Numbered from the stretch's first letter, positions 50,104 to 60,731 are shown. The stretch is 64,000 bases of DNA from an uncultured Nitrososphaeraceae archaeon (GCA_963779615.1 CAVZZA010000003.1:416001-480000); one strand, 5' to 3'. Made by a program: numbers and translations. The notes: generated by a model not told the origin, from the letters alone.

Positions 50104-51855
50104 ATGCAGGTCGCGAAAAAAACTTTTAATAGCTCCCTCCCAGACATAACAAGTGAATTAGAAAAGTCAAACAAGTTGTCAGAGTTAAAAGATAGAGACA
50201 CAATTTCCGGAGCCAAGGAGATAATGGCGATATTTCCCACAGTAAAATCTGTGCTTTCTACCTACAATTCAGCACTGATACAGCAGCTGATTTTTACAAT
50301 GCGAGACAATTTCAATGACAGCGACAATAATCATGAAGGTGCAGTTAACAATAATCCAAAGGTTAGGATCATAATCCCTCAGGACAAAGAAATCGACGAC
50401 ATCATCCAAAGATTCAGGCAAAACAAAAATACGCACATACGCAGCATTTCAGAAATCAATGACATTTTTGTCGACAAGGCCATATTCATCATCATAGACA
50501 GAAAAATTTCCATAATCATTAAAATAACCGAGCAGGGCGGTGATGACAATAATGATGACGATACCAACAACAGTACTAGCAATAACAACAATAGCAAGAG
50601 TAATGGCTTTGCCCCAAGAAGGAAGGCGACTTTTACGTATAGCAGGTATGACAATGAGTCCGGCAACAGACCGGTTGTCTTTTCTCACATAGCAGCCTTT
50701 GAAATGCTATGGAAACTAACAGAAACCATGCAAAAGATAACAAACAGCGATAAGGTGAGGGAAGACTTTGTCAACATTTGTGCGCACGAATTAAGGAGCC
50801 CAATACAGCCAATACTTGGATTGTCAATACTTGTTAAAAATAAAATAACAGATTCAAACCAGCGTGAAATACTCGACGTCATAATCAGAAACGCAAAAAG
50901 ACTAAAAAGGTTGGCAGATGACTTGCTTGAAGTTACAAAGATTGAAAGCAACCTAATAAAACTAGACAAGGAAAAATTCAATTTGAATGATTTTTTAAAC
51001 GAAACGTTATTTGACTATGTAACTAAAGTCTCAAGGGAAGAACACAACGACAATAACACCCATTTAAACATAATCAAATCCATTCCTGATGACATCGTTT
51101 TTTCTGTAGATGCAGACAAGGATAGGCTAATTCAGGTTATCCACAATATTTTAAACAATGCAGTTCGAGCAAGTAGTGACGGAAATCACAATTATGACGC
51201 CGACAATGAGGCGATATATTTTTCCCTCCAGCAAAATAAGGAAAATGAAATCCAGCTCAGCATCAAGGACAGGGGGTCTGGCATTGACGATGAGATGCTA
51301 TCAAATTTATTTACAAAATTTATGACAAAGTCAGGCAAAGGAATTGGGTTAGGGTTATACATAGCAAAAAATATCATAGAGGCACACAATGGCAAAATAT
51401 GGGCCACAAACAACAATGACGGAAAAGGTGCCACTTTCCATATCACATTACCAATCATAATGCAATCCAAAAAGAACATCAAAGTTAAAAAAATTCTATT
51501 AGTAAACGACAAAAAAAGTTTTGCATTAACGCTAAAAACAGCATTTGAAGACTATGGCAAATATAAAGTGGACATATTTGACAGCCCTTCAGCAGTGTTG
51601 CAAAGATTTGTTTCAGGATATTACGATTTTGTGATTCTAGATGTCGAAATGCCGGAAATGGACGGATTTGATTTGAGCCAGCAGCTAAGGAAAAAGGACG
51701 ACAAAGTCGAAGTGGTGATTATGACAACAGGGGGAACAAATTACGAGCCACTCAGGGAGCTGTATGGCATTTCAGAAAAAAACCATTTCATTAAAAAATC
51801 ACTGGAGCCATACAAGATCCTAAGACAAATAAACAGTCTGGTTGAAGACAAATAG
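50104..51855 (+). CDS. Hybrid histidine kinase / response regulator
   Basis: CAHELRSPIQP, NILNNA, DRGSGID, GIGLGL; receiver ILDVEMPEMDG. Confidence 0.92.
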   Translation: MQVAKKTFNSSLPDITSELEKSNKLSELKDRDTISGAKEIMAIFPTVKSVLSTYNSALIQQLIFTMRDNFNDSDNNHEGAVNNNPKVRIIIPQDKEIDDIIQRFRQNKNTHIRSISEINDIFVDKAIFIIIDRKISIIIKITEQGGDDNNDDDTNNSTSNNNNSKSNGFAPRRKATFTYSRYDNESGNRPVVFSHIAAFEMLWKLTETMQKITNSDKVREDFVNICAHELRSPIQPILGLSILVKNKITDSNQREILDVIIRNAKRLKRLADDLLEVTKIESNLIKLDKEKFNLNDFLNETLFDYVTKVSREEHNDNNTHLNIIKSIPDDIVFSVDADKDRLIQVIHNILNNAVRASSDGNHNYDADNEAIYFSLQQNKENEIQLSIKDRGSGIDDEMLSNLFTKFMTKSGKGIGLGLYIAKNIIEAHNGKIWATNNNDGKGATFHITLPIIMQSKKNIKVKKILLVNDKKSFALTLKTAFEDYGKYKVDIFDSPSAVLQRFVSGYYDFVILDVEMPEMDGFDLSQQLRKKDDKVEVVIMTTGGTNYEPLRELYGISEKNHFIKKSLEPYKILRQINSLVEDK

Positions 51856-51905
51856 AATGGCTAACTGAAGCAGGAGTTATTTTATATTACAGCATCACAG
51901 AATAA

Positions 51906-52910
51906 ATGTGTATTTTCCACAAAATGACATATAGCATAGCCTTTCATTCGTATAAAGGAGGGACCGGAAAGACAACAATAGCTTCAAATTTATCTGCGTT
52001 TTTGGCAAAAAAAGGCTATAAGGTATGTCTTTTAGATTTAGATATTTACGCCCCTAGTTTGCAAACGTATTTTGAGATAACGCCTAAAAAGTGGATAAAT
52101 GATTACCTGTACAGTAATGCAAAATTTGAGGACGTGATTACAGACCTTTCACCATTAATAACCTCAGAAACAGAGGGGTCGTTGTCAAATGGAAAACTGT
52201 ACGTTGGGCTATGTGCCTCCAACAAGGAGGATTTTATCAGACTTGAAGGGGGAAACAGTGATTTCAGAAAACAGTTATTTCACAAATTGATAATGTTCAG
52301 GGAAAAGCTGATTGAAAAGTACAATTTGGATTACATAATAATTGACACCAGCCCAGGTGTAAGATATTGGTCGTTGAATGCATTAGCTATTGCAGATGTA
52401 TTCTTTCTGACATTAAAGATGGGAGACATAGATATTGAGGGCACTAAAAAAATGGTTAGCGAAATATACCACTCATTTACTGAATATGGTTCAAAATCTT
52501 TTCTCATCTGGAACAAGGTTGCAGGCTACTGTATGCCTCAACCATATAAAAAGGAGGAGGATGAGGAGGAGGGGAAGGTGAGAGATAACGAAAATTCAAA
52601 GCTAAAGGAGTTAAAGTTCACTAGCGGCAACACCAACGCAGACAGTTATTCTTTGTCATTGCTATCTGCAGAAAAAAAACAACGTCAAACTCAAGTGCGG
52701 GATCAGAAGAGAGAGCAGATAGATACCGAAGACAGGCTTTCTGACAAAGTCGGAATGAAGGTTATCTCCACAATTCCCTGTTATTGCGATATTCAATTCA
52801 GCAAAAAAGAATTCTTGACCGCCATTCAAATTCCCCATCCCTTTTCTGAAAAAATAGAATCGTTGGTCAACTCAATACAAAAAGAGTTGGTAGACAAAGA
52901 ATATGAATAG
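51906..52910 (+). CDS. MinD/ParA-family ATPase
   Basis: Deviant Walker A KGGTGKTT, DLDIYAPSL, IIDTSPG, WNKV; start may be 51924. Confidence 0.9.
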   Translation: MCIFHKMTYSIAFHSYKGGTGKTTIASNLSAFLAKKGYKVCLLDLDIYAPSLQTYFEITPKKWINDYLYSNAKFEDVITDLSPLITSETEGSLSNGKLYVGLCASNKEDFIRLEGGNSDFRKQLFHKLIMFREKLIEKYNLDYIIIDTSPGVRYWSLNALAIADVFFLTLKMGDIDIEGTKKMVSEIYHSFTEYGSKSFLIWNKVAGYCMPQPYKKEEDEEEGKVRDNENSKLKELKFTSGNTNADSYSLSLLSAEKKQRQTQVRDQKREQIDTEDRLSDKVGMKVISTIPCYCDIQFSKKEFLTAIQIPHPFSEKIESLVNSIQKELVDKEYE

Positions 52911-53557
52911 AGCATCCTGAACTCACACAATAATAATAATGGCGGGAAAATAAAAAAGAAGAAAGAATGTACTTAGTTTGTGTTTTAGTGTGCTTCGTGA
53001 TTGTGCTTATCCAATTCCTCAACTGAATCGAATGATGCTCCGCACTGACAATCAAATTTCTTACTGTCTTGAGACATTACACAATTAATACGAACATACT
53101 ATTTATACATACTAAAACGATGCACATCATCATTTACATAAAAATTTTCAACCATGTCATCTTCTCATACAATAAATCAATAGCCATGTTGTTCAGAAAG
53201 CTAGCAGACAAGCAGAGTGTGTGATGGGCATAGCGTCTGTCCAGGTTGAATGTTTTTCCCATCATGCAACAAAATAAACACTAATCAAATGGATTACAAT
53301 CAGAAATTTAGTTTTTTTAACTTTTACCTTTTGCAATATTGAAAACAATTGACATAACACGTTTGATTAACTTCATGTTGCAAGGTTTTAACCCTTCTTT
53401 TCACAGGTGCCAATCTCAAGCTAATGGCACCATCATAACAGTCTCAAGAAAAAATTGTTGAACATCAACGCAATACACAATTTTAAGTGGTTTTTATTCA
53501 AAATAATAATTGAAAAATGCAAATAGATATATGCACATGATAACCCGAGGTCCAGCA

Positions 53558-54268
53558 TCAAGCATGATTATCTTCTTTATTTTGGCTATTCATTTCATGT
53601 TCTTTGATCTGAAAATAGCACCTAAACCAACCACTGGCCTTTTTTGCCACCTCTTCTAGTTTTCCATCCTCTTCAAATAAATGACTTGCACCTTGTATTA
53701 CCATCATCCTCTTTTTTTCTACCTTTTCTAAATGCGTGTTTAGTATTTGTTGATTCCACTCAATGACTTGGGAATCCTTTTCTCCAACTATGAACAAGGT
53801 CGGGCATTTTATATTTTGAAGAGAGGAGCATTTGGAAGACAAATCAACCCTTCCACCCCTAGACACGATGGCGCTGATGTTATCAGGTTGTCTATCCGCT
53901 GCAATCAAGGCGGCTGCAGCCCCTGTGCTAGCCCCAAAATATCCCAATAGCATGTTTTTTGTATTTTCTTGTTTGATTATCCATTCAGTGGCAGAAATCA
54001 ACCTGTGTGCCAAAAGTTCAACATTAAACCTATGTTCCCTTGTTACAGCATCAACTTTTTCTTCCTCCTCTGTGAGAAGGTTTAGCAGCAATGTGGACAC
54101 ACCATCGTTATTTAACACCTGGGACACGAATTGATTTCTCGGGCTATGTCTTCCGCTACCACCACCATGTGCAAATATAACAAGTCCTTTTGAATCTTTA
54201 GGTGTTTTTAGTTCCCCCTCAATACGGCAATGTTTAGAATCTTTGTTTAAGGGTATTGTAATCATCAT
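53558..54268 (-). CDS. Dienelactone-hydrolase-family alpha/beta hydrolase
   Basis: FAHGGGSGRHSPRN, GYFGASTGAAAAL, VSRGGR, GASHLFEE. Confidence 0.9.
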   Translation of the reverse strand: MMITIPLNKDSKHCRIEGELKTPKDSKGLVIFAHGGGSGRHSPRNQFVSQVLNNDGVSTLLLNLLTEEEEKVDAVTREHRFNVELLAHRLISATEWIIKQENTKNMLLGYFGASTGAAAALIAADRQPDNISAIVSRGGRVDLSSKCSSLQNIKCPTLFIVGEKDSQVIEWNQQILNTHLEKVEKKRMMVIQGASHLFEEDGKLEEVAKKASGWFRCYFQIKEHEMNSQNKEDNHA

Positions 54269-54611
54269 GTCTTCATTTTTTTATGCCAATATTCATTTGT
54301 TCAGTAACTTAATGTAAAATGCGGTTTATAAGAATTTTTTTTTGAGCATTTCATTTGAAACACGCTCATCAACTTTTAACAAGTTGCTGGCCTCAGTTAA
54401 GTGTGATAGAAACTTTTTAACTTCTATAGCCATTTCTAAAGCGATTCAACAGATAACATGTAAAACAAATAACCTGCTTTGGCGCACCACTCGGTGGTCA
54501 CCATTGCCTGCTACCCCAGCCAGCCCCTTTTGTATCCATTCAATAAAAAACCAAAGATTTATTTTTTGTGACCTTCATTACAGTTTATTATGAATATCAA
54601 ACTTCTTCTAC

Positions 54612-55373
54612 ATGTATATAGTGGGTATGGACAATAATAGTCAATCAAAACTAAAATTAAGTGAAATATTCTGCTCTGTACAAGGTGAAGGTCCACATGC
54701 CGGAACTTCTTGTGTTTTCCTGCGCCTTGCGACCTGTAATCTCAAATGTTCCTGGTGTGATACAAAGTATACCTGGGATTGGGAAAACTATGATTTTGAC
54801 AAAGAGGTTAGAGAAATAAGCATTGAGGACATATTGAAAAGAATTACGGACTATCCAAATATTTCCCATATTGTAATCACAGGAGGCGAACCGCTTTTAC
54901 AACAAAATAGATTGATTCCTCTCCTGAAATCAATCAAGGATAAAAAAAAGGAAGGCGACATGTCCCATTGCCACTATATTGAGATAGAGACCAACGGAAC
55001 CGTTATCCCTCTCAAAGAACTAATGCAACTAGTTGACCAATGGAACATCTCACCAAAGACCGCTAATTCGTTTAATGAAAAAAACGGCATAAATTTGGAA
55101 AATCTTTATAAAAAATCTTTATCCATTTTTAGGGATTTAGAAAACTCATTTTTTAAATTTGTTATAGATAAATTTGACGACTTTAAAGATATAGAACAGT
55201 ATGTGCAAAACTACGGTCTTCCAAAAGAGCGATTAATCCTAATGCCACAGGCAACCACAAAGGAAAAACTTTTGGAGAAGAGTGTTTGGATCAATGAGTA
55301 TGCAAGAAAAAACAACTTTACCTTTTCTACTCGCTTGCAGGTATTGCTATGGGATAACCTGAGGGGGAAATGA
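54612..55373 (+). CDS. queE: 7-carboxy-7-deazaguanine synthase (radical SAM)
   Basis: EIFCSVQGEG, CNLKCSWCDT, ITGGEPLLQ, IETNGT, ISPK, RLQVLLW. Confidence 0.9.
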   Translation: MYIVGMDNNSQSKLKLSEIFCSVQGEGPHAGTSCVFLRLATCNLKCSWCDTKYTWDWENYDFDKEVREISIEDILKRITDYPNISHIVITGGEPLLQQNRLIPLLKSIKDKKKEGDMSHCHYIEIETNGTVIPLKELMQLVDQWNISPKTANSFNEKNGINLENLYKKSLSIFRDLENSFFKFVIDKFDDFKDIEQYVQNYGLPKERLILMPQATTKEKLLEKSVWINEYARKNNFTFSTRLQVLLWDNLRGK

Positions 55374-55466
55374 ATGAACATCACATCAGGCACCAAACAA
55401 TGAAAATAAAACCCCAAGCACAAAAAACCTCAATCAAGATTATTAATTATATTAAATACCTCTTGC

Positions 55467-55706
55467 CTACATAATAAACAAAGAAGAAAATTTAACGCAA
55501 TAGCCTGGGGGAACTGAAATTTCGCATGGGTCATTAACATGAGCTAACAGGACATAATTCACGTCAGCGCCATGGATACTAGCGCATACCTTAGTTTTGG
55601 CCGGAACATATGGGGAGAAGGTAGACCCCAACCAAAAAACAGCAGGATAACATGAAACGTCATTCAGCATTTCAACAAGATAATGCGCATGTTCTCTTGT
55701 CGCCAT
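55467..55706 (-). CDS. Possible hypothetical protein
   Basis: 79-aa ORF 37 nt downstream of the Cys-rich gene on the same strand; no motif. Confidence 0.3.
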   Translation of the reverse strand: MATREHAHYLVEMLNDVSCYPAVFWLGSTFSPYVPAKTKVCASIHGADVNYVLLAHVNDPCEISVPPGYCVKFSSLFIM

Positions 55707-55742
55707 TCCATAACCACAGTAAAAAAAATATAGAATGTCATT

Positions 55743-56027
55743 TCATTTTCTGTTTTTACGATTTTTAATGCAATCTGTGCAGCAAAGCGAATAAGATGGA
55801 TCATGGTCTTTTCTGTGTTTCACTGTGCAATTTTTACATTGATCAAACGGACAATAGTCGCATTTCCTTAATTCATTGTCACATATCAACTGATTGCATA
55901 TTCTGCAAAATCTGACGTGATCATTACAAATTGTGTTGTTGCACTGCTGGCATCTTTTTATGTCTTTGCCTCTGGTTACGCTTATGTTTTTTTCACAAAC
56001 AATGCATATTTTTTTTGCAGATGGCAT
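55743..56027 (-). CDS. Cys-rich multi-zinc-finger protein
   Basis: Repeated CxxC/CxxH: CIVC, CQQC..ICNDH, CRIC..IC, CDYC..CKNC, CCTDC. Confidence 0.7.
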   Translation of the reverse strand: MPSAKKICIVCEKNISVTRGKDIKRCQQCNNTICNDHVRFCRICNQLICDNELRKCDYCPFDQCKNCTVKHRKDHDPSYSLCCTDCIKNRKNRK

Positions 56028-56321
56028 TCTCCTTTTGCCCTTTCCTCCGTTGCTTCATATTAATTATATATATCATACCAAATGCCTAAAACTCTACCTA
56101 TAATGTTGAGTAATTGTTTAGGTCATTTGGTGTTGTAGCTGCACCCCCATCCAATGAACATGGCATAATCCATAACTGCTCAAAGGTAAAGGATTTATCG
56201 ATAGTCACTCGAGGTATCGTTTAACGAGTTTATCATATGACTCCAATACAATTGCAAATTTGTAAAGATAAAAAACAGTCAAGCCACATCTATAATATCT
56301 ATACTCACCCATACTTGATAA

Positions 56322-57035
56322 ATGAATGGAATCATGTTTGACATGGATGGCGTATTGATTGATGCAATGCCCTACCACGCTGAAGCTTTTCAAATCGCAT
56401 TTAAAGAGCACGTCAATTATGAGATTGACAAAAAAGAGGTTTTTTTGCTGGAGGGAATGCCAGGTCCTGAACTGGTTAAAGAAATTTTCAAAAGGAACAA
56501 AATTGATGGATATTGTGATGACAGCCTTGTAAAAAAAATCAGCGAGAGAAAAGGACAAATATTTAAAGATATTCAAAATGCTAAAGCACTTGAGGGAGCC
56601 AAAGAATTAATCGATTCGTTAAATTGCGATAATTGTGTAAAAGCAGTGGTTAGTGGGGCATCCTTACAAGAAGTCGAGTCACTCCTTGACAAGGAGTTCA
56701 AATTGGATGATTTTGATGTGATAATAACAGGCCAGGATTTAATGGATGGAAAACCCGACCCCGAGCCATTTCAAACAGCCCTTGAAAGGTTAAATCTAAA
56801 ACCTTCAGAAGCAGTTATAGTTGAAAATTCTCCACTGGGCGTGGAATCCGCAATAAGGGCAGGAATACGGTTTATAGTAACGCTTAACAATACACCCCTT
56901 GGGCTTTCGGATTTTAGGGGCCTTTTACCCAAAGAGAAAAGCGAAATTAACAACATAGTGTTCAGAGATACAAAATCCGCCAGCAAATTTTTAAGAGATT
57001 GGTGCTGTGAAGGAAAAAAACCAGATGGCCCCTAG
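56322..57035 (+). CDS. HAD-family phosphatase (beta-PGM-like)
   Basis: FDMDGVLID, VVSG, KPDPEP, VENSPLG. Confidence 0.92.
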   Translation: MNGIMFDMDGVLIDAMPYHAEAFQIAFKEHVNYEIDKKEVFLLEGMPGPELVKEIFKRNKIDGYCDDSLVKKISERKGQIFKDIQNAKALEGAKELIDSLNCDNCVKAVVSGASLQEVESLLDKEFKLDDFDVIITGQDLMDGKPDPEPFQTALERLNLKPSEAVIVENSPLGVESAIRAGIRFIVTLNNTPLGLSDFRGLLPKEKSEINNIVFRDTKSASKFLRDWCCEGKKPDGP

Positions 57036-57245
57036 CAAAATTACTATCTTTTTATTTTGAATACCATTAGCAAGACATTCAAAATAAAAGGAAGGGATTG
57101 CTTTAGTTGATCCAAAGCTTGTGTTACCCATCATGACATTTCGCCTGGCAAAATTTGAATAGTATTTTATATGATAATATCAATCTTGTTTTTTTTTATG
57201 GTTTTCTTATAAGAATTTTTAATATATTGAAAAAGGTAACATAGA

Positions 57246-57701
57246 TTGATTATGAGAAATATTACCACAATAATAGTAATTTCTTTGATTGCTACAATTT
57301 TAATTATAAATACTAATTATGTTTTTGCAAAAGAGCATGATCTACCCCAGGAAAATAAGAATACAGACACAAGCCCAGAAAAAGACTGCAAGGGCAGTGA
57401 CAAATGCACCATTGAATCACAACAGGATGAGGACTGCAAGGGCAGTGACAAATGCACCATTGAATCACAACAGGAACTGTCACAGAAAAACAAGAACACA
57501 GACATGAATCCTGGCGGGGACTGCAAGGGCAGTGACAAATGCACCATTGAATCACAACAGCAACAAACAAATCAGGATATGAGTTGTGTCAAAAGTGCAA
57601 AATGCATAAACCAATCCACATCCCACATCGTAATTTGCAAGGAAAATTCAATGTGCCTGGTGCAATATGACGGTCCTTTCGAGTTATCAAATCCTTATTG
57701 A
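57246..57701 (+). CDS. Secreted Cys/Gln repeat protein
   Basis: Signal peptide ending VFA-K; DCKGSDKCTIESQQ x3 plus two degenerate units. Confidence 0.8.
   Translation: MIMRNITTIIVISLIATILIINTNYVFAKEHDLPQENKNTDTSPEKDCKGSDKCTIESQQDEDCKGSDKCTIESQQELSQKNKNTDMNPGGDCKGSDKCTIESQQQQTNQDMSCVKSAKCINQSTSHIVICKENSMCLVQYDGPFELSNPY
57384..57560 (+). repeat. Three identical 42-nt repeats (57384-57425, 57432-57473, 57519-57560)
   Basis: gactgcaagggcagtgacaaatgcaccattgaatcacaacag, all in frame. Confidence 0.95.
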
Positions 57702-57730
57702 AGCGCGGAAAATCACAAACCATATTTTGG

Positions 57731-58078
57731 CTAGGTCTTTCGCGGAAACATATTCTCATAGGGCTCCAAAATGCTTTTACAGAATTTAATTCCCTCAGGT
57801 GTAGACTTGTACATTGTGACTACCCTCTTTCCCGTGGTCACCTCTTTCTTCATGATTAGTCTGTTTTTTTCTAAATCATCAATAATTGGTTTGTGTTTTT
57901 TCAAATTTAAACCACAGAAACTAAACAGCGCGGTCTGATTCATTTCATTATACTCCACTAGTTTTAGAATTACATCTTTTATAATGTAAATCCTATCCCT
58001 ATAGATGCTTGCCGATGAGGGTGAAGAAGGAATGTTTTCAGACACAGAGGAAGAAGCCACCGCATCTGAATCAAGCAT
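57731..58078 (-). CDS. Winged-helix DNA-binding protein (archaeal HTH_45-like)
   Basis: YRDRIYIIKDVI...NQTALFSFCGLN...YKSTPEG. Confidence 0.8.
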   Translation of the reverse strand: MLDSDAVASSSVSENIPSSPSSASIYRDRIYIIKDVILKLVEYNEMNQTALFSFCGLNLKKHKPIIDDLEKNRLIMKKEVTTGKRVVTMYKSTPEGIKFCKSILEPYENMFPRKT

Positions 58079-58218
58079 TTATAATATTTATACCAAACTT
58101 AACTATAATATTTTTAATTAATAAAGAGCATTATAAAAATACTGAAAGATATACCACCAGCACTAACTGTTCATATCCACAAAAGTTTAAAAATTCACAA
58201 CAGTTTATATATTTGTTT

Positions 58219-58389
58219 ATGATTGTTCAGCAATTGATTTGTGACGAATGTAAAATAGTATTATTAGAAAAAGATACAAAACACCTAAATGATGAAAAGT
58301 TTCCAATATCAGACGAAGAAGCTAAAGTTATAGATGAAAACCATAGAGGCCACCAATGCCATATAGAAGTAGTGGAAAAGTTACCATAA
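58219..58389 (+). CDS. Small Zn-binding protein
   Basis: MIVQQLICDEC...HRGHQCH; ATG at 58219 within ORF 58009..58389. Confidence 0.7.
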   Translation: MIVQQLICDECKIVLLEKDTKHLNDEKFPISDEEAKVIDENHRGHQCHIEVVEKLP

Positions 58390-58695
58390 CCAAACCATGC
58401 AACAAAACACTACCAAGGTCAATTAATTATTCCCTTTTTTGTCAAAGCCTTATTCACAAGCATAGAACAAGATATCCTACTTTTTTTAAGTCATGAATGG
58501 AACACGGAAAAGACATGCAAAAATAATAACCGTGTTAAAAAAATGAGCCGAAGCCTGCGGGTATCAAAGTCAAGAAGGTTTAATTGGCACAATCAATTAA
58601 GTTACTAAACTCTAATAACAATAAAATACTGCATTGATTATGCGGAATCCGCTGACCGAAAGATTCCTTTTCAGTCCAAGAAAAGACAGCATGAT

Positions 58696-58881
58696 TTATG
58701 ATGACAAAAAGACCATCTTGTGATTTTCAGAGCAAAAGTAATCGATTTTCCTTACACCTAAACTTGAGCCACCCTCCACATGAGGCCATGAGTCTTTGAT
58801 GATTATTTCGATTCCACAGTACGCACATGCTATTTTTTCCTCTTTTCCTTCTTCTTTGCCCTCTTCCCTATTCATAAACAC
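58696..58881 (-). CDS. Small TRASH/YHS-like metal-binding protein
   Basis: CAYCG...YFCSENH. Confidence 0.7.
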   Translation of the reverse strand: MFMNREEGKEEGKEEKIACAYCGIEIIIKDSWPHVEGGSSLGVRKIDYFCSENHKMVFLSS

Positions 58882-58961
58882 AATTAGATAAAACGATAAT
58901 TAACTATTATTATCCGGAGCGATAAAAAAAGAATTTATGTAAGATCAGTAAAATAAACATA

Positions 58962-59267
58962 TTGTCTTTTTTTGGAAATTCATCAGGAAACAACAGCAAG
59001 AGTAAAAATCGCGAAAAGTACAAGGAGCTTACACTCGCAATCAAACAAACAGTATTAGAAAGATCAAAAAACAGGTGTCAAAACTGTTCAAAAAAACTAT
59101 CAGGGTCAAATCAGCCCCAGTTTCAACACATCAATAAATCAAAAAAAGACAACAGGCCAGAAAATTTGCGTGTTCTTTGTTTAGAATGCCATGGCGGCGC
59201 TAACGGAGAGCGGAAGGACAATAATATGGTGTTTTCATCACTAAAAAAAATATTTTCGAAAAAATAA
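58962..59267 (+). CDS. HNH-endonuclease-like Zn-finger protein
   Basis: VLER...RCQNC...FQHI...DNRPENLRVLCLECH. Confidence 0.75.
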   Translation: MSFFGNSSGNNSKSKNREKYKELTLAIKQTVLERSKNRCQNCSKKLSGSNQPQFQHINKSKKDNRPENLRVLCLECHGGANGERKDNNMVFSSLKKIFSKK

Positions 59268-59354
59268 AACAACAGGAAATATAAAAATTTTAATTTTTTT
59301 AGAGGTATAATGTAGCAGTCATATATATCGTCTAGATAAAAATGAACGGTAATT

Positions 59355-60170
59355 TTACTGCAGAGCGATTTTTCCATTCATGTATGGGTGTAAAGTGCAG
59401 AAATACTCATACTCTGAATCCCCTAAAGTAGATGTATCAAGAACATACTTTTTACTATTTAGTATTATTGATGAGTCAAAAGATTTCCCATCGTCTTTTT
59501 TGCTTGTAACGGTATGGGGAACATTGTCATTATTGGTCCACTCTATCGCGTCACCCTTTTTTACAGTAATAGTTGATGGATCATAGCTTGGATTCCCCTG
59601 ACCAGAAGCACCAGGGGGTATTGAGGCAGGAAAAACTTTTGCGTTGATGACTTTAGGGATAGTATTTTTTGCGGAGTCGTCTGTTTTGTTTTCAGAGCCT
59701 CCAGCAATTGCAGAGCTGCTGCCGATTCCCGTCCAAGTGGTCGATATGATAACTCCAGAACCTATAACCATCAAGGCTATACACGCAATTGTTACTTTAT
59801 CAAGGTGTGCATATTTTTTATATGATGCAATGATGATTATCAAGGAAAGTATGCCTATAATGGCTACAACGGCAATAAACGAAAGTATAGACGGAACCTT
59901 ACTGCTAGCTTGAAAGGCACCAACTAGTCCAACACTTATAAGCAAAGTCAAAATAACCGCAGTGGCCGTTTTTGCTTTTTTTGATCTGGGAAACCCATCT
60001 TTGAATAACCCACCAGTTAACATAATCAATCCAAAGAACATGCATAAAATTGAAACAGCATGCATTCCATCCATAAAGGTTTTAGCTATACCAGATAATG
60101 CAATGGCAACTCCAAGAGCACCAACAGATGTCAAGCCAGCTCCAGGTATGAGCAAGTCCCAATCCGTCAT
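59355..60170 (-). CDS. Membrane protein with C-terminal cupredoxin (plastocyanin/azurin) domain
   Basis: Five TM segments; WTNND.VPHTVTS, YFCTLHPYM.G type-1 Cu ligands; start MTDWD at 60170. Confidence 0.92.
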   Translation of the reverse strand: MTDWDLLIPGAGLTSVGALGVAIALSGIAKTFMDGMHAVSILCMFFGLIMLTGGLFKDGFPRSKKAKTATAVILTLLISVGLVGAFQASSKVPSILSFIAVVAIIGILSLIIIIASYKKYAHLDKVTIACIALMVIGSGVIISTTWTGIGSSSAIAGGSENKTDDSAKNTIPKVINAKVFPASIPPGASGQGNPSYDPSTITVKKGDAIEWTNNDNVPHTVTSKKDDGKSFDSSIILNSKKYVLDTSTLGDSEYEYFCTLHPYMNGKIALQ

Positions 60171-60284
60171 GAATATACAAATAAAAAAGAAGATGAGCAT
60201 AATTAATAGTTTCTTTATTGTTAATTGTCTTGCCTTTATAACGGCCAAGATTAAGATTACTCGGTGTCTACGGTGAGATAGGGA

Positions 60285-60731
60285 ATGTTTGAAAATGAGG
60301 AAAGGGGAGAAGGGGAAGGACCATCCATAACCAAAATAAGAAAAAACCACTTGGTTTTCCTTAATGATTGGTCACACAAAAATAAACCACTGGAATCATG
60401 TGCCATCCTTGCTGGAAAAAGTAAGGACAATCAGTTTAATGTTTTAGAAATAATACCGATGGAGAACGATGATAAATCAGACACAAGGTTTTCAATGAAT
60501 GAGGAAAAACTTTTTTTGGTTTATAAAAAGGTAGAATCAATCGGTTTATCGGTTGTTGGGATATATCACAACCACCCTTCAAAACCAACACCATCAAAAA
60601 CAGATATTACATACATGAGGATCAATCCGGTCCCATGGGTAATCTATTCAACAACAACACACGAGACGAGATGCTACATCCATAATGAAAAGGAGGGAAT
60701 AAAAGAAATCGAGTTAATGGTTACGGACTGA
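60285..60731 (+). CDS. JAMM/MPN+ (Mov34) metalloprotease
   Basis: PLESCAIL.G, GIYHNHP..PTPSKTD. Confidence 0.9.
   Translation: MFENEERGEGEGPSITKIRKNHLVFLNDWSHKNKPLESCAILAGKSKDNQFNVLEIIPMENDDKSDTRFSMNEEKLFLVYKKVESIGLSVVGIYHNHPSKPTPSKTDITYMRINPVPWVIYSTTTHETRCYIHNEKEGIKEIELMVTD

Noticed and set aside
54612-55373. queE as part of a 7-deazaguanine DNA-modification (dpd) defence island
   Set aside because: No dpdA, queC, queD or folE nearby; archaea need QueE for archaeosine tRNA modification.
57384-57560. Three identical 42-nt repeats as a mini-CRISPR array
   Set aside because: Spacers are 6 and 45 nt, everything is in frame within a signal-peptide ORF, and there are no cas genes.
58545-58690. 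GC-richer intergenic patches as tRNA/ncRNA
   Set aside because: No cloverleaf, T-loop GTTCRA or convincing stems.
58962-60731. HNH plus JAB as a CBASS/Bil-like ubiquitin defence system
   Set aside because: No E1/E2, Ubl or cyclase; the JAMM gene sits in a housekeeping context with aspS and the cupredoxin.
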